In this document: positions 31,230 through 45,115 of the stretch, in pieces
How positions within the stretch are numbered: position 1 is the stretch's first letter
Layout: the number at the start of each line of letters is the position of its first letter
Origin: the human T2T-CHM13v2.0 reference genome, Homo sapiens
Direction: 5' to 3' (one strand)
Length of the DNA stretch: 64,000 nt
Assembly (NCBI RefSeq): GCF_009914755.1
Contig: NC_060926.1
Program-made: the position numbers and the translations under genes
Notes under the pieces: model-generated
Seen by the model: the letters and a program-made list of their open reading frames with translations, nothing else
Database searches by the model: none
Told to the model about the DNA's origin: nothing

Positions 31230-34120
31230 ACTGTGATTAGAGAGGAGTGAGACTCTAGGTCAATCCAAAACATGCAATCATATAGGCACATTGCTCTATT
31301 AAAACAAAAATGATTTAATATTAAAACATTCATTATTTAATAAAATGTCACATCATTAGTTTAGGGGAGAAAAACGTGGTCATCTGGAGACAGACTAGAA
31401 ATTGATTCAGTAAAATTCAACATCCATTTTTGATAAAATCTCAGAAACTAGCGCAAATCTTTTCTTTACAGGATGAAAAGTATCACAAATCAACAAACAT
31501 AGAATGATGAAATTATAAAAGCATTCCCATTATATTTTGAATGTTCACTATTTAAATATTAAACATATTTTAATGTGTTTTAATATGAAGGCTGCTTTAA
31601 GAAATTCAATAAAATAGTATAATCAACTGACTTGAACATTGCAGAGGATAGTGATGAAAACTTAGTCGTTGGCCAATCAATCAGCGCTCCTTCTGTCTTA
31701 CCACTCCTCAAACCCCACTCCCACACACCTTTATTGGTCTTTGGCCTTGGGGCTCTCACTGACTCTTCCAGAGATAGCAATCAATCTGGCCAATAGTCTC
31801 AAGATATTTTCAAAGAGAGCAAGAGTGAGAGAATGAGAGCACAGCAAGTGAGTGGGCTAGAGATTGTGGGCGGCTGGGGTTGCAAAATGTAAAACTTGGA
31901 GGCTATTAGAGGTTACATCCTCTTTTATTTGGTTCAGGTTATCTGAGGAAAACTGTTTGTTGGAAGAGAGAAGGATGGAGCAGACATACAGAGAAGTGCA
32001 GATATAGGAAAGTCTAGTTCTAGGTCATCCTGAGATGCAGCTGCTGTGCTGCATTTGGGTTATAGATGCCTTAGTGTTCTTATAATAAAATGTGCTTTTT
32101 GCTTATGGTAGTTCTAAATGAGCTAATACCAAGAGGCAGTTAGTTACTAAATAGATAGCAAACATTGGATTTTTAAAAAATATGCTCACAATAGCAATAA
32201 ATAAGACTACATTATGATAATAAAAATATTTTTCCACACTTAGCAACAAAAAGATAAACGACAGGAACAATGAAACTAAAATGTGCAGGACATCTGTATG
32301 AGAAATACATTCAGTGCTTGTCAGAGGTAAAATGGAAAACTTAAAAATGGAAGGCTTATAATTGAAAGGAAATTAATTATCCCCCAATGTTTTTATATTT
32401 TAATGCAATTCCAATAAAATCACAGTGAAATTCTTCTTGGACCATGACTTAATGATTCTAAAGTTCACATAGGAAAATAAACTGGCAAATGGGCCCAATA
32501 GATCAGAAACAGAGAGTAGCATGGTGTATATAGGAGGGTGGCAGAAGGTACCTGCTTGCCTTGTCAGATATCAGAATAAAGTCCTAATAATCAAAACATT
32601 GTGATATCAACATGAGGATTGAAAGATGGATCAAACAACTGTAATAAAATGCCTAGAAACAAACCCTACTACTTACAAGAATTTAATATAAAGTACCATG
32701 ACATTATAAATTTATGGAAAAGAGAAACATTTGCCAAGACATCCTTCTGGCACAATTGGTAAACTATTTGGAAAAAAATTTCATTATCTCACTCATACAA
32801 AAACTACAAGGAAATAGAGGCAAATATCTTGGGGTGACAGAGAACATTTTAAACTAAAAATCAGTAGTGAACAAATAAATGCTTGGTATATTATGTAGAA
32901 CTCTGAATGTCAAAAAGATCTCAGAAAAATTAAGAAAAAATAACCAACTTGAAGTATATTTGTATCTTATAGTAAAAGAGTTAATATTCTTAACACAGAC
33001 AACTCTTACAAACCAATTTAAGAAATAAGCCAATAAATTCAAATAGAAAAATGATACCATTGTTCACTCATCAAATTGTCAAATATAAAAAAAAATTGAA
33101 GCAGATACATGGTCCCCAGTTGCCAAGAAGCAAAATTGGGCATTTTCATACACCACTGGAGAAAGATGAGTTCAGAACTCTCAAGAAGTAAATTCACCAA
33201 CATGTCAAGAGTTTTGGTATTTAAAAAAATAATCTTTGACTTGAAATTCCAATTTTAGAAGTTTGCCCTGTGGAAATACTCAGTTTTCACAGACTATGTA
33301 GAAGAATACTTGTTGTTTATTATTTTAAAAATCTCTAAACAAATGTCAAACAAAGGAGAATTGGTTAAACGAGCTATGACCATATAATAATGGGATAGGC
33401 AGAATAGTGCCCCTCCACTCCCAAAAGTTTAAACTCTAATCCCAGGAGTCTGTGATTATGTTACCTGACATGGCACAAATGACTTTGCAGATGTCATTAA
33501 GTTAAGGGCCTCGAGATAAGGAGATCATCCTGGTTAATTAGGTCTGCCCAATCTAATCAGGTGGGGCCTTAAAAGGCAGAGAATCTTTCTTAGCTGTGGT
33601 CCTAGAGAGGCATGGTAGCAGCTGAATGGTCACAAAGATGCTGTGTTACTGGCTTTGAAGATGGAGGAAGGGGGCAGTGAGCCAAGGAATACCTTTGGCC
33701 TCTAGAAGCTAGAAAAAGTAAGGAAACATTCACCCCTACAGTGTCAGGAAAGAACACAGCTCTGCCAACACCTTGATTTCAGCTCACTGTTGATCTGTGG
33801 CGGACTTCTCCCCAACTGTAAGACAATACGTTTGGGTTGTTTCAAGCCATTAAATTTATGGTAATTTGTTACAGTAGCAATGGAAAACTGATACAAATGG
33901 GCTGATTTGCTATCAGTAATTAAAAATCATTTTGGTTAAGAACCTATTTAGTTACATGTAAAAAGCGGATTACAAAATTGTTTAAGTACAGCAGCCTAGT
34001 TCCAATGATGAAATGTGAATATAGTAGCAATGATTATTTCTGGGTGTTGTAATTACCAGAGACTTTTTCCCCTACTTGATTTTCTATTTTCCAAAATAAA
34101 CACCTCTTCCCTTTGTAATC
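31230..34120 (+). mobile_element. Ancient L1ME ORF2/3' fragments (interrupted)
   Basis: 'aaaattcaacatccatttttgataaaa', 'ttttaatgcaattccaataaaatcacagtga', 'gattctaaagttcacatagg', and 3'UTR-like sequence at ~33900-34120. Confidence 0.6.
33391..33895 (+). mobile_element. MLT1D-type MaLR solo LTR
   Basis: 'tgggataggcagaatagtgccc...gactttgcagatgtcattaagttaaggg...ggctttgaagatggaggaagggg...ggaaaactgataca'. Confidence 0.85.
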
Positions 34121-34379
34121 AGAAAAAAATACAAAGAAATATTAGGTAAAATACACTTTAATCTACATTTCTCTAATTATTAAATCAGAATAACCTAATT
34201 TACAATCGCTTTATTTCTTAAGGCAAATACTTATTTCTACCTTCCCAACCCTAATTAAATCTTTATCTAATACTTTCTGAAAAGTATTATTGTTTTTAAT
34301 AAAATATAAATCTCTTTCAAGGCTTATTTTCTTAAATTTCATTTTTTGGTTTCAATTTAATTACATATAACAACTGAGT

Positions 34380-35264
34380 GGAAATCATGTTTGATAGATT
34401 ACAATTCTCATAATCACTTCTTTTGTTTCGTTTATTCCTCCTTTGAGTCCTCAATTTTGATTCATTTATTCACTAGTTATAGTATGTCTTTGTATTGGTT
34501 TAGTTTTTATCTAAGAAAAGGATGTGATGGTTCTACTCTCAAAACCTTGCATATCTGAGAATATCTTTCATGCAGGAATAACAATGAGTAACAATGTGGC
34601 TAAGTATATAAGGTCATAATATTTTCTGCTAAAAATTCTATATGGATTTTGCTCAATTACTGTCTGACATTTATTGCCATCTATCAGAAGACTGAGATCA
34701 GAATAATTTTTGTTTCCTTTTAGTTATCTTTTATTTTTCTTGCTAGGATAGATGAAGACATTTTACAATTTAAACCTGGAATTCAAAATTTTACCATAAA
34801 GTGAAAGGAATATTAATGGGTATAGATTTTTTTCCATTGATGTTACTTTGAATATGTGAGCCCATTTTATATTGATTCTGGAAAGTAGATTCTGCTCAGG
34901 AAAGTTTTATTCTATTGTAATTTTATGATAGCTATTCAACTTATGCTGGTTTCTTTTTCAAGAATAACTAGTATGTGGAGTTGGATTTCTGGCTTGTCTT
35001 TTTCATAACTAATGATTTTTCTCTCCAGTTTTCATTTTTTCTTCCCCTTTCGTCTCTGTTCTAGAGCTTGAATTTTTCTTCTACATGACAAATTTGGGTT
35101 TTCTGTTTCCGTTACTACCTTCAATGCAATTTTATTTCCAAAATTGCATTTTTAGATTTCTTTTGTTTTTTTCCTTTCTCTTAGCCAGACCCTTTTGATT
35201 TTCTTATCATCTGACTTTTCCATTTGAGAGAGGAAACATTTTCTTGTATATTCAGAGAACCTAA
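34380..35264 (-). mobile_element. Ancient L1M ORF1-region fragment (reverse)
   Basis: T-rich tract with 'ccttgcatatctgagaatatctttc...tggctaagtatataagg' and 'ctcaggaaagttttattctattgt'. Confidence 0.55.
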
Positions 35265-35269
35265 TGCAG

Positions 35270-37227
35270 TGATACGGTTTGGTTGTGTCCCCACCCAAAT
35301 CCCATTTTGAATTGTAGCTTTCATAATTGCCACGTGTCATGTTGGGAACTGTTGGGAGGTAATTGAGTCATGGGGGTGGGTCTTTCCCATGCTGTTCTTG
35401 TGATAGTGAATAAGTCTCAGGAGATATGATGGTTTTATAAAGAGGAATTCCCCTACATAAGCTCTCTTGCCTGTTGCCATGTAAGACATGACTTTGCTAC
35501 TCATTTGTCTTCAGCCAAGATTGTGAGGCCTCCCTAGCCATGTGGAACTGTGAGTCAATTAAACCTCTTTCCTTTATAAATTACCCAATCCTGAGTATGT
35601 CTTTATTAGCAGCATGAGAACAGACTAATACAGTAAATTGGTACTGGTAGAGTGGGGTGCTGCTGTAAAGATACCTGAAAATGTGGAAGCCACTTTGGAA
35701 CTGGGTAACAGGCAGCGGTTGGAACAGTTTGGAGGGCTCAGAAGACAGGAAGATGTGGGAAAGTTTGGAACTTCCTAGAGACTTGTTGAATGGCTTTGAC
35801 CCCAAAATGCTGATGGTGATATGGACAATAAAGTCCAGGCTGAGGTGGTCTCAGATGGAGATGAGGAACTTGCTGGGAACTGGAGCAAAGGTGGCTCTTA
35901 TTATGTTTTAGCAAAGAGACTGGCAGCATTTTGCCCTTGCCCTAGAGATTTGTGGAACTTTGAACTTGAGAGAGATGATTTAGGGCATCTGGCGGAAGAA
36001 ATTTCTAAGCAGCAAAGTGTTCAAGAGGTGAATTGGGTACTGTTCAAAGGATTCAGTTTTATGTAGTCACAAAGATATGGTTTGGAATTGGAACTTATGT
36101 TTAAAAGAGAAGCAGGCCATAAAAATTCAGAAAATTTGCAGCCTGATGATGCGATATGAGGAGAAATTCAAGCCGGCTGCAGAAATTTGCATAAGTAATG
36201 AGGAGCCAAATGTTAATCTCCAGGACAATGGGGAAAATGTCTCCAGGGCATGTCAGAGGTCTTCACTGCAGCCCCTCCCATCACAAACCAGGAAACCTAG
36301 GAGGAAAAAATGGTTTCATGGGCTGGGCCAGGGGCCTTGCTGCTTTGTGCAGTCTCTGGAGTTGGTGCCCTGTGTTCCAGCTGTGGCTAAAAGGGGCCAA
36401 AGTATAACTCAGGCCATTGCTTCAGAGGGTGCAAGCCCCATGCCTTGGCAGCTTACATGTGGTGTTGGGTCTGTGGGTGCACAAAAGTCAAGAATTGATG
36501 TTTGGGAACCTCTGCCTAGATTTCAGAGGATGTATGAAAATGCCTGGATGTCCAGGCCGAGGTGTGCTGCAGGGGTGAGCCCTCATAGAGAACCTCTACT
36601 AGGGCAGTACAGAGGGAAATGTGGGGGTGATCCCCTACTCAGAGTTCCCACTGGGGCACTGCCTAGTGGAGCTGTCAGAAGAGGGCCACCATCCTTCAGA
36701 CCCCAGAGTAGATCCACCGACCGCTTGCACTATGTGCCTGGAAAAGCCACAGACAATGCCAGCCCATGAAAGCAGCCAGGAGGGGGACTGTACCCTGCAA
36801 AGCCACAGGAGCAGAGCTGCCCAAGACCATGGGAGCCCTCCTCTTGCATCAGCGTGACCTGGATGTGAGACGTGGACTTTAAGATTTGACTGCCTTGCTG
36901 GATTTTGGACTTGCATGGGGCCTGTAGCCCTTTTGTTTTGGCCAATTTCTCCCACTTGGAATGGGTTTATTTACCCAATGCCTTTATCCCCGTCGTATCT
37001 AGGAAGTAACTAACTTGCTTTTGATTTTACAGGCTCATAGGCAGAAGGGACTTGCCTTGTCTCAGATGAGACTTTGGACTGTGTTTTTTTGAGCTAATGT
37101 TGAAGTGAGCGAAGACTTTGGGGGAATATTGGGAAGGCATGATTGGTTTGGAAATGTGAGGATGTGAGAGGGACCATGGGTGGAATTCAGGTATTTCTTC
37201 ATAGCAGTATGAAAATGGACTAATGCA
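35270..37227 (+). mobile_element. THE1C-like provirus: 5'LTR 35270-35632, internal ~35633-37185, 3'LTR reduced to a ~41-bp remnant
   Basis: LTR 'tgatacggtttgg...ctttattagcagcatgagaacagactaataca'; the internal region is homologous to 15533-17106; perfect 5-bp TSD TGCAG (35265-35269; 37228-37232). Confidence 0.93.
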
Positions 37228-37902
37228 TGCAGATATTTTGATTGTTTTCTCTTTCTTGTGCTAAATTATTGAAAATAATGCCTTTTCTAATTCATCAGAA
37301 GAGTGCTCTCCTCATTTTGTGCTATAGAATCTTTCTTACAAACCCTATTGTTTTCTTGAATGGAGAACCAGCCAAACTGGGTTTGACAAACAGGGGCCAT
37401 TGAACATTTGATAACTGGCAGAATCCTTTCTAGCATCTAAATCTGGAAGGCACCCTGAACAGCCCCATCCCAAGTTTTTGAACCTAGAAAGTGTTAATTT
37501 TGTGTACTTTTGCTGAACTGAGGTGGAAATTACTCTTTTTGCAAATGCCTGTTTCTCTGTAAGAAAGAATAGTCACATAATTCTTTAATCTGAGAAGGAA
37601 TATGAGAAAAAAAGTTCCTTGGACACTTTTCTTTTTGGGCTGTCCCCCGTCTAGGCAGCCCCCTTCCATGTCTTCCCTAAGGGGCCTGAACACACATCTC
37701 AGATGCCTGAGATGTGTGTTCCCTGTCCCTTCCCTGTCTTCTCCTTGCTCTGCAGTACCCTAGAAGTTGTAGCTCCCCAGGACAAGAGGCTCTTAAGTGG
37801 GAAAGAGAATGGAACGAATATATTCTTCTGGTCACCTCAGAAAATTATGACTTGCCCCAGCATCTGCAATACCTGCTTCCTCTTATTAACAGCAGAAAGT
37901 AC

Positions 37903-38284
37903 TTGCATTCGTTTGAAAAATAGAAATTTATTTATAGATTTGGAGGCTAGAAGTCCAAGGTCCAGAAATTGGCAGAGTTGGTTCCTTCAGAGGGTTATGC
38001 AGGGAAGGATTTATTCAGATCTTTTTCCTTGGCTTGCAGATGGCCACCTTCTCCCCGTATCTCTTCATATTGCCTTTCCTCTATGTGTCCAAACTTCCTT
38101 TTTTTTAAAATCAGGATACTGGTCATACTGAACTGGTGCCTACCCTAATGATCTCATTTTAACTTATTACTTCTAAAAATCCTATCAGCAAATAAGGCCA
38201 CATTCTGAGACACTGGGGATTAGAACTTCAACTTATGAATCTTGGGGTGGGGGGTCAGGAACGGACACAATTCAACCCATAACA
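37903..38284 (-). mobile_element. MLT1B-type MaLR solo LTR
   Basis: 'ggaggctagaagtccaagg...ccctaatgatctcattttaact...cacattctgagacactggggattagaacttcaac...cacaattcaacccataaca'. Confidence 0.85.
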
Positions 38285-39441
38285 GTGCTGGCAAATGACT
38301 CCTCCATCTTTAATCCTGGAGGAGGTGCAACTCCAGGTAAGGGGTCAGGGGATGGATAGGCTTGGTAAACTTCTTGCAATCCAGTAAAAATTGCCCCCAT
38401 TCACTGGTATAAATTCAGCTGTTAACCTTAGTACCCAATGCAGTTGTAGGTTTCCATAATTTTTTCTACTTTGCTGAGTATTATATTGCAAGAATAAAGC
38501 CTGACTGCCAGATTAATCTGGAAGTTCCAGTCATGAAATATTCGTTTATAAATAAGTGATTTTTTTGAGCCTGCTTTACTGTAACTATACTATACCTCAT
38601 CACTGCCAATTGTATTAATGACTTTTGGGGTTATTTATCAAACCATGAATAATAATTAGGGGTCATTTTCCATCAAGGAAGTTGGCTTTTGGTCTACTTG
38701 ACAAATAAATCTTGTTAGACTAAAGAAGAAACATCAAAAATGAAGGAAGAATGGAAATGACTGAAGGAATTTAGCAGCTGCCATCTCTACAATGAAGCTG
38801 GGGAAAAAGGAGGAAACAGCTCCTTCCCTAACCTTCCTGCAGGAGTGAGCCTCCAACCAATCCTAAATTGAAGTTTTGTCTAATTACACTACAATTATCT
38901 ACTCTTTTAACTTGAAAGAATATTCATCATACTTTTCCCTCACTAGAAAGAACATCCTTTGACTTGGTAATGATCAAGCTACATTGTTAAGTCAAGAGAA
39001 AGGCAGAAATGAGATCTTCCTGTTCTTATGCAAAGAACAGTTCTGTAATGAGGTGTCTTACTCTGCTCCATTTTTTCTGAGCCACTTGGCCTTCCCAGAG
39101 GACAGACAGCCTGATGTGCTAAACACCAGTCTCCCTGGTGAGGGCTAATTACAACACTGCAGCTCAGGAACAAAACAATCATTCTCTTTGCTTCACTCCT
39201 CACACACTCTCCTGCCTCACTCCCAAAACCCAGGAACTTTTCCTGACTTGGCTCCCAATCTGCCATTACCATCTCTGAATTCTGTGGTCCTTTCTCTTGA
39301 TATGATACCCCAAATCCCCCACTGAACCCTCAAGTAGTATCATTGTTATGACATCCACTGCAACACTGAAGACTATTCTGTATTGTTTTCTAGTATTTTC
39401 TACTGAAAGCACTTGCTAAGCATACAACACCTTTGCAGATA

Positions 39442-39812
39442 GAGTAGTCTCCTCTTACCTGCAGGGGTTATGTTCCAAGACCCCCAGCAGATGCCTGAAA
39501 CCATGGATAGTACTGAACCCTATATATATAGACTAAATTATGTTTTTTTGATCTGATAACCAACAGGGCTATTAAGTGACTAACGGTAGGTAGCATAGAC
39601 AGTAGATACACTGGGACAAAGTGATGATTTACGTCCTGGGTGGGCTGGAGTGGGACAGCGTGAAACTTCATCAGGCTACTCAAAATGGTGTGCAAAGTAA
39701 AACTCATGAATTGTTTATTTGTAAAATTTTCCATTTAATATTTTCAAACCCTGGTTGACCGTGGGTAACTGAAACTGCAGAAGTGGAAACCGTGGATAAG
39801 GGGGGACTATTG
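39442..39812. mobile_element. Tigger2-derived MITE (Tigger2a-like, TcMar)
   Basis: TIRs 'gagtagtctcctcttacctgcagggg' and 'accgtggataaggggggactattg', TA flanks, and internal 'ttccaagacccccagcagatgcctgaaaccatggatagtactgaaccc'. Confidence 0.85.
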
Positions 39813-40289
39813 TAATAGCAAATGGTTGCTGACAGAGGAAGAGGTGTAATGTAAAAGAAGTTTCTTTTTCTCCTCTCTTCTTAATCCATAGCAATGGAGA
39901 GTGAAAGGAGAATCACTTCTATTTCCATTTCAATTGTATCAATTCTCCCTGGTGAGAATTTGCATAATGGTTGGGGATTTCATTAAAGATATCTCCCTAG
40001 GAAACTAGATAGCTATGGATTTTGATGACTTCTATTACCAAAGAGAGATTCTGTTCTCAGGCCCAATTTCAGGGGCAGAGGATGATGAGGGGCTGAACAC
40101 AGGCTTTTAGGAAATCAATTCAGGAGTCTTTATAGATTGATCAGAATCCCAATAGTTTATTGATTTTTACTCTGAAATAATGTCTCCTTTGAGGCTACTG
40201 AGTTCCAAGTAACTAAAGGCCAATGAAAGTATCTTTGACACTGTTTCTAGCTCACAAAAGTCCTCAGATATGAATTCCCTCAAATCCCT

Positions 40290-41520
40290 TTGCTTCTAGA
40301 TGGTGAGTACTTCCTTTTGCAAATTGGATATTTGTGGGAAGTGTGTTTTGTCACAATGACTCAGGGGAGCTCCTGGCATTTTGTTGTGGGAACCAGGAAC
40401 GCTAGATGTCCTGCAGTGAGTGGTATTGGTCCTGCACAAGGAAATATTGTCCCACGCCCCAAATGATTTTTGAATGTCCCTCCAGATATTCATGCAGGTG
40501 AAAAATCTTATAATTACCCAAACCTAGAACTTATCTCTGATTTTAATATAAATAAAGTGAATAGTTCCTATTGCTGCTCAAAACGACACAAATTTCTTCA
40601 CACAGTTCTGGGGTTCAGAAATCCAAAGTGAGTTTTGCTGGCTTAAAATAAAGATGTCCTTGCAGAGACTCTAGGAGAATAACTTTGACCCTTCTTTTTT
40701 CAGATTCTAGAGGCTGCCTTTATTTCTTTGCTCATGGCCTTTTGCTCTGTTTTCAAAGCCAGCAGCATAGCATCTTCAAATCTCTCTCTGACTTTGACCC
40801 TCCCGCTGACTTTGATCCTCCTCCTTCCCACTTTCACTGCGAGGCTGCTTGTGATTACATTGAGCCCACCCAGAATGCCCAGGGAAACTTCCCTATCTCA
40901 ATATCCTTAGCTTAATCACATCTGTAAAGTCCTCTGTGCCGTGTAAAGTGACATAGTCACACATTCTAGGGATTACAATGTAGACATCCTTGGGAAGGCA
41001 TTATTCTGCCTATCATAGAAAACATACATTTTGAACTTTGAAAACAGATATCCTGGATTTTCTCAGAAGCTAACTACCATATACATCAAAGAAGATTTTA
41101 TTTTCTTTTATTGCCGATAATTAATCCTCATTTCAGAAATCACATTACTGACTGTAGCATGGCTCACTATGTTTGAGCTGTCCAAAAAAAAAAAAAAAAA
41201 AAAAAGGAAACAGAAAAAAGAAACCCCACTCTTGTATCTGCCATCCATTGCTACTACATTCTTTTTATTTTAAATAACAGTGTAAGCCTAGCAGATTCAT
41301 CCTCTATCCTAATGTTGTGTGTCTGATGTTCAATTTCCATATTGAAAAGCAGAGTATTTTATTATAAACTGCTTTTTTCTCATTCTCTTTTATAATACAG
41401 TTAGGACATTATATTGATTTTTTTCCTTGAAATTGCATATATAGGTAGATTGTAATATCTATAAATTTTTTTCATTATAGTAAAGGAGACATTATACATT
41501 TTTTTTTTTTTAAGTACAGC
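40290..41520. mobile_element. MER20B-like hAT element (split by an MLT1)
   Basis: 'ttgtcacaatgactcagggg...cctggcatt...ccaggaacgctagatgtcctgcag...ccagatattcatgcaggtgaaaaatc' and, after the LTR, 'gtagattgtaatatctataaattttttcatt'. Confidence 0.6.
40558..41016 (-). mobile_element. MLT1C/D-type MaLR solo LTR
   Basis: 'ttctagaggctgcc...ttcaaagccagcagc...ttgtgattacattgagcccacccag...cttaatcacatctgtaaagtcc...cattattctgcctatcata'. Confidence 0.85.
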
Positions 41521-43298
41521 ATTAAGTCGTCTATGGGCATCTCAGATTCCAGGTTCCTCTCTCGGTTGGAGAGTCTTCTCCACGCCAACACTATGCATTG
41601 TGTTTTACTCCCTTCAATCTCCTTTAAAACTTCAATCTCCTTTAAAACTCCTCTGAGCCTATCCTTGCTGAGCTCATCAAGCAATTCCCTCATAATAGAT
41701 TCTATAGTTCTGGTGGCATTCCACTCCCCAAATGGACTTTCCCAGAAGATTTCTGGGGGAGGCCGCTAGCCATCTGAGACTCTTCATCTAGACTGCTGTT
41801 CCACAGCAGGACTTTGGGGACTCTGATGGAGCCCCATGTACTCCCCACAAGGCCTCTACCTTGTCCTCCCTGCACCACCTGCCTCATCACAAGATGTCTC
41901 AGTGTCTAATGTCAAGTAGGAAACTCTAATTAGGAAGATGGGCCTTCCTCTTAATGACCCCCAGGACCAATCTCATCATTCCTTACTTCCCTGACCACCA
42001 CCAGAGGTCTGGGCTTCTCAGTGAACAGTGACTAGGCTTTTATCTCCAATATGGCTCCAAACATTTTCCTACACTGATGTAGTCTCCTGCTCTCCCTGAC
42101 CCCCAAGGAACACTGTCTTCAGCAAAATCCTCAACCTCTTCTTCAAAGATTTCCTTCACCTTTTCACTGCCTCAAACTTGGCTGTTCCAGGAAACCACTT
42201 CCAACACTGCAGTCACCTCAGATGGTGGCTGTTCCTCCTCCACAGTCCACCCACCACAGAGCCGGCACCAGGAGTACTTGCTGCCCCCCACCACCACTTC
42301 CAGAATTTTACTCTGTCTTTCTCTTTCAGACCCCACCCCCTCTGAAGCACTTGACTACACCATCTGCCTGCTGCACCATGTTGAAGCCATTTCTTGACTC
42401 ATTTATTGCTCATTCCCTCTCGTTCGTTGGACCTTTTCACCCCTGGCTCATTGTCTTCATCCCCACCACTGTTCCTGTCTTCACGTTTGGTGACAATAGT
42501 ATCCACATACATGATTAATTCAACTCCCTGACTCAGTTTCTTGTCGTCCTCACTTCCAATATAGTTTTCTCCACTTGCCTCTAGCCTTCCACTTTCATGT
42601 TAAATCATTATCTGGACTTTGTTATCAACAATAACTACATCATTTTCAAAATGTCTATTTTAAGCCTCTCACTGTCTGACCATTGCCTCCTGTCTTTCCA
42701 GTTCATGCACTTTTTAGTTGAAGTCCAACAATTCTTAATACTCATCAGGATCTCTAGCCCATTGATTGCACCACTTTTATCTTCTATCTCCTACCCACGT
42801 CCTTGCTTCTTTGTTTACCTCACTTAGATTCCACCCACCACCCTACAGTCACTCCTCACATATGCCCTTGACTCCACTTTACTCCTCTCACAAAACCCCA
42901 ATGCTAATAATTTTCTGCCTGCTCTATGCCTACATGACAGGAAGCCATACGTTATGTTGACTGATTTCTAAATTCTCCCATTAATTCACAAATCTCAAGG
43001 GATGCTTCAACATTGCTTGACAATCCCCAAATATTTCTGTAGTCACTTCACCCTCCAGCTCCACAACATGACGATTTCACTTTTCCTCTCCTCTCAACCT
43101 CTAACACCTCCTTCCTCACCTTCGTCTATGACCTTATTTTTTATTTCTTTGGGAAAACAGAAGCAATAAAAATGAGCTGTCATTTTATCATAAAATCTAC
43201 CAGTCTATCTTCACCTTTACCCATATGTCCACCTTCCCTCTAGATCCAGAAGATCTACTTCATTTTGAAGGACAACCTGGACCCATATGCTCACTTAA

Positions 43299-43657
<359 letters not shown>

Positions 43658-44713
43658 ATTTCCCCATTCTTATTTCTATTCAAACATGCTACAATACCTT
43701 TCCCCATTGAAAAAAAAACAACTCCCTTAAATCAATGACCTTTCTACCTAATACACTTTCTCTTTTCTCCCACTTATAACTCCACTTCTCCCCTCACATT
43801 CTTCTGTTAGCTCACCACTTTAATGAAGCCACTCTTGAGTAAGTAATGATCTCGTCTTGTCAAATCTAGTGGTCCAGTCTTGGTCCTCATTTTACTTAAC
43901 TTCTCAGCAGTTTATGACACGTAGGTACTTCCTTCTTCCCGAAATGCTTTCTTATTTAACTTCCAGAATACCTTACCTATTAGTTCTCTTAACTCACTGG
44001 CTATTATTCCTTGTTGGTCATATTTGCCAGTTCCATCTCATCGTCCTGATTTTCTAAATTTAGAGTTCGCCAGGGCTCAGGCAGGGAAAATGTCTCTATC
44101 TCCCTCTTTCTCCTGGGTGATTGTATACAGTCCTATGGTTTTAGTTATATGTCAATAAGTCCCACATCTGTATCCCAGACATTATTGCTCTCCTGAACTC
44201 CAGGTTTAAAAATCAACTGCTTATTCATGAAGTATCTCTACTTGTCTATCTACTGCCTATCTCAAACTTCCTGGGCCAAAATGACTCCTCATTTCTGTTC
44301 TTGAACCTATTTCTTTTCCAGTCTTCCCCATCTCTGTAAATGAAATCAGCATTCTCCCAGTTGCTCAGCATCAAACCTAGCAGTCATTCTTGACTGTGCT
44401 TTTTTCTCTTCTATTTCACATATATCCCATCAACAAATCCTTTGACTTTACTTTCAAAATGTCTCCCAAATCTGATCACTTCTTACCATGTCTACCACCA
44501 GACCCTGGTTTTAGCTACCATAATCTCTTTCCTGGGGTCACCACAGGAGAGCTCCTAACTGGTCTTCCTGCTTCCACTTTTGGCCCCTTACTGTCCATTT
44601 GCCACACATCAGCCAAATGATCTTTTAAAACTGTAGATAAGATCATGTCCCTTCCCTGCTAATAATCCTCAGATTGCTTCTTATCATGCATAGAATGAAA
44701 TCCAAGCTTATCT

Positions 44714-45115
44714 TGTGGTGGTAGAGAATTTTAATGCTCACTAAATATTCATAGGCTTGCCCACATTTTCCAGAGCCCTTGAAGTTGGGCCTGGCCATGT
44801 GACTAGCTCTTGGTAATGGACTATGAAGAGAAGTGATGTGTATTGCTTCTGGACTGGGACAGGTTAAACATCCTTGCAATTCTCAGTTCTTTCCTCCTTA
44901 AATGTAGCAACCAAGGAGCTCAGGTTGAGATGGCTGAGCCACATGATGGAAACAACCTGCAACCAAGTAATATTTTCAGGGAGGTTCTCAGGACAGAAAT
45001 TGTGCCTACACTAGAGTAGACTTAGACTGAGTGATGAATAAACTGCATGATAAAGCCATTGAGATTTGGGGGTTTGCCTGTTACTCCAGCATATCATAGC
45101 CTGCCCTGACTAATA
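44714..45115 (+). mobile_element. MLT1I/J-type LTR inside the L2
   Basis: 'ggccatgtgactagctcttggtaatggac...gaagtgatgtg...taaagccattgagatttggggg...gcctgccctgactaata'. Confidence 0.75.

Noticed and set aside
35681-36955. 230-aa ORF (36077-36769) and neighbouring ORFs; apparent duplication of 15.5-17.1 kb
   Set aside because: THE1-int fossil ORF. The similarity between the two regions reflects two independent THE1 insertions with different TSDs, not a segmental duplication.
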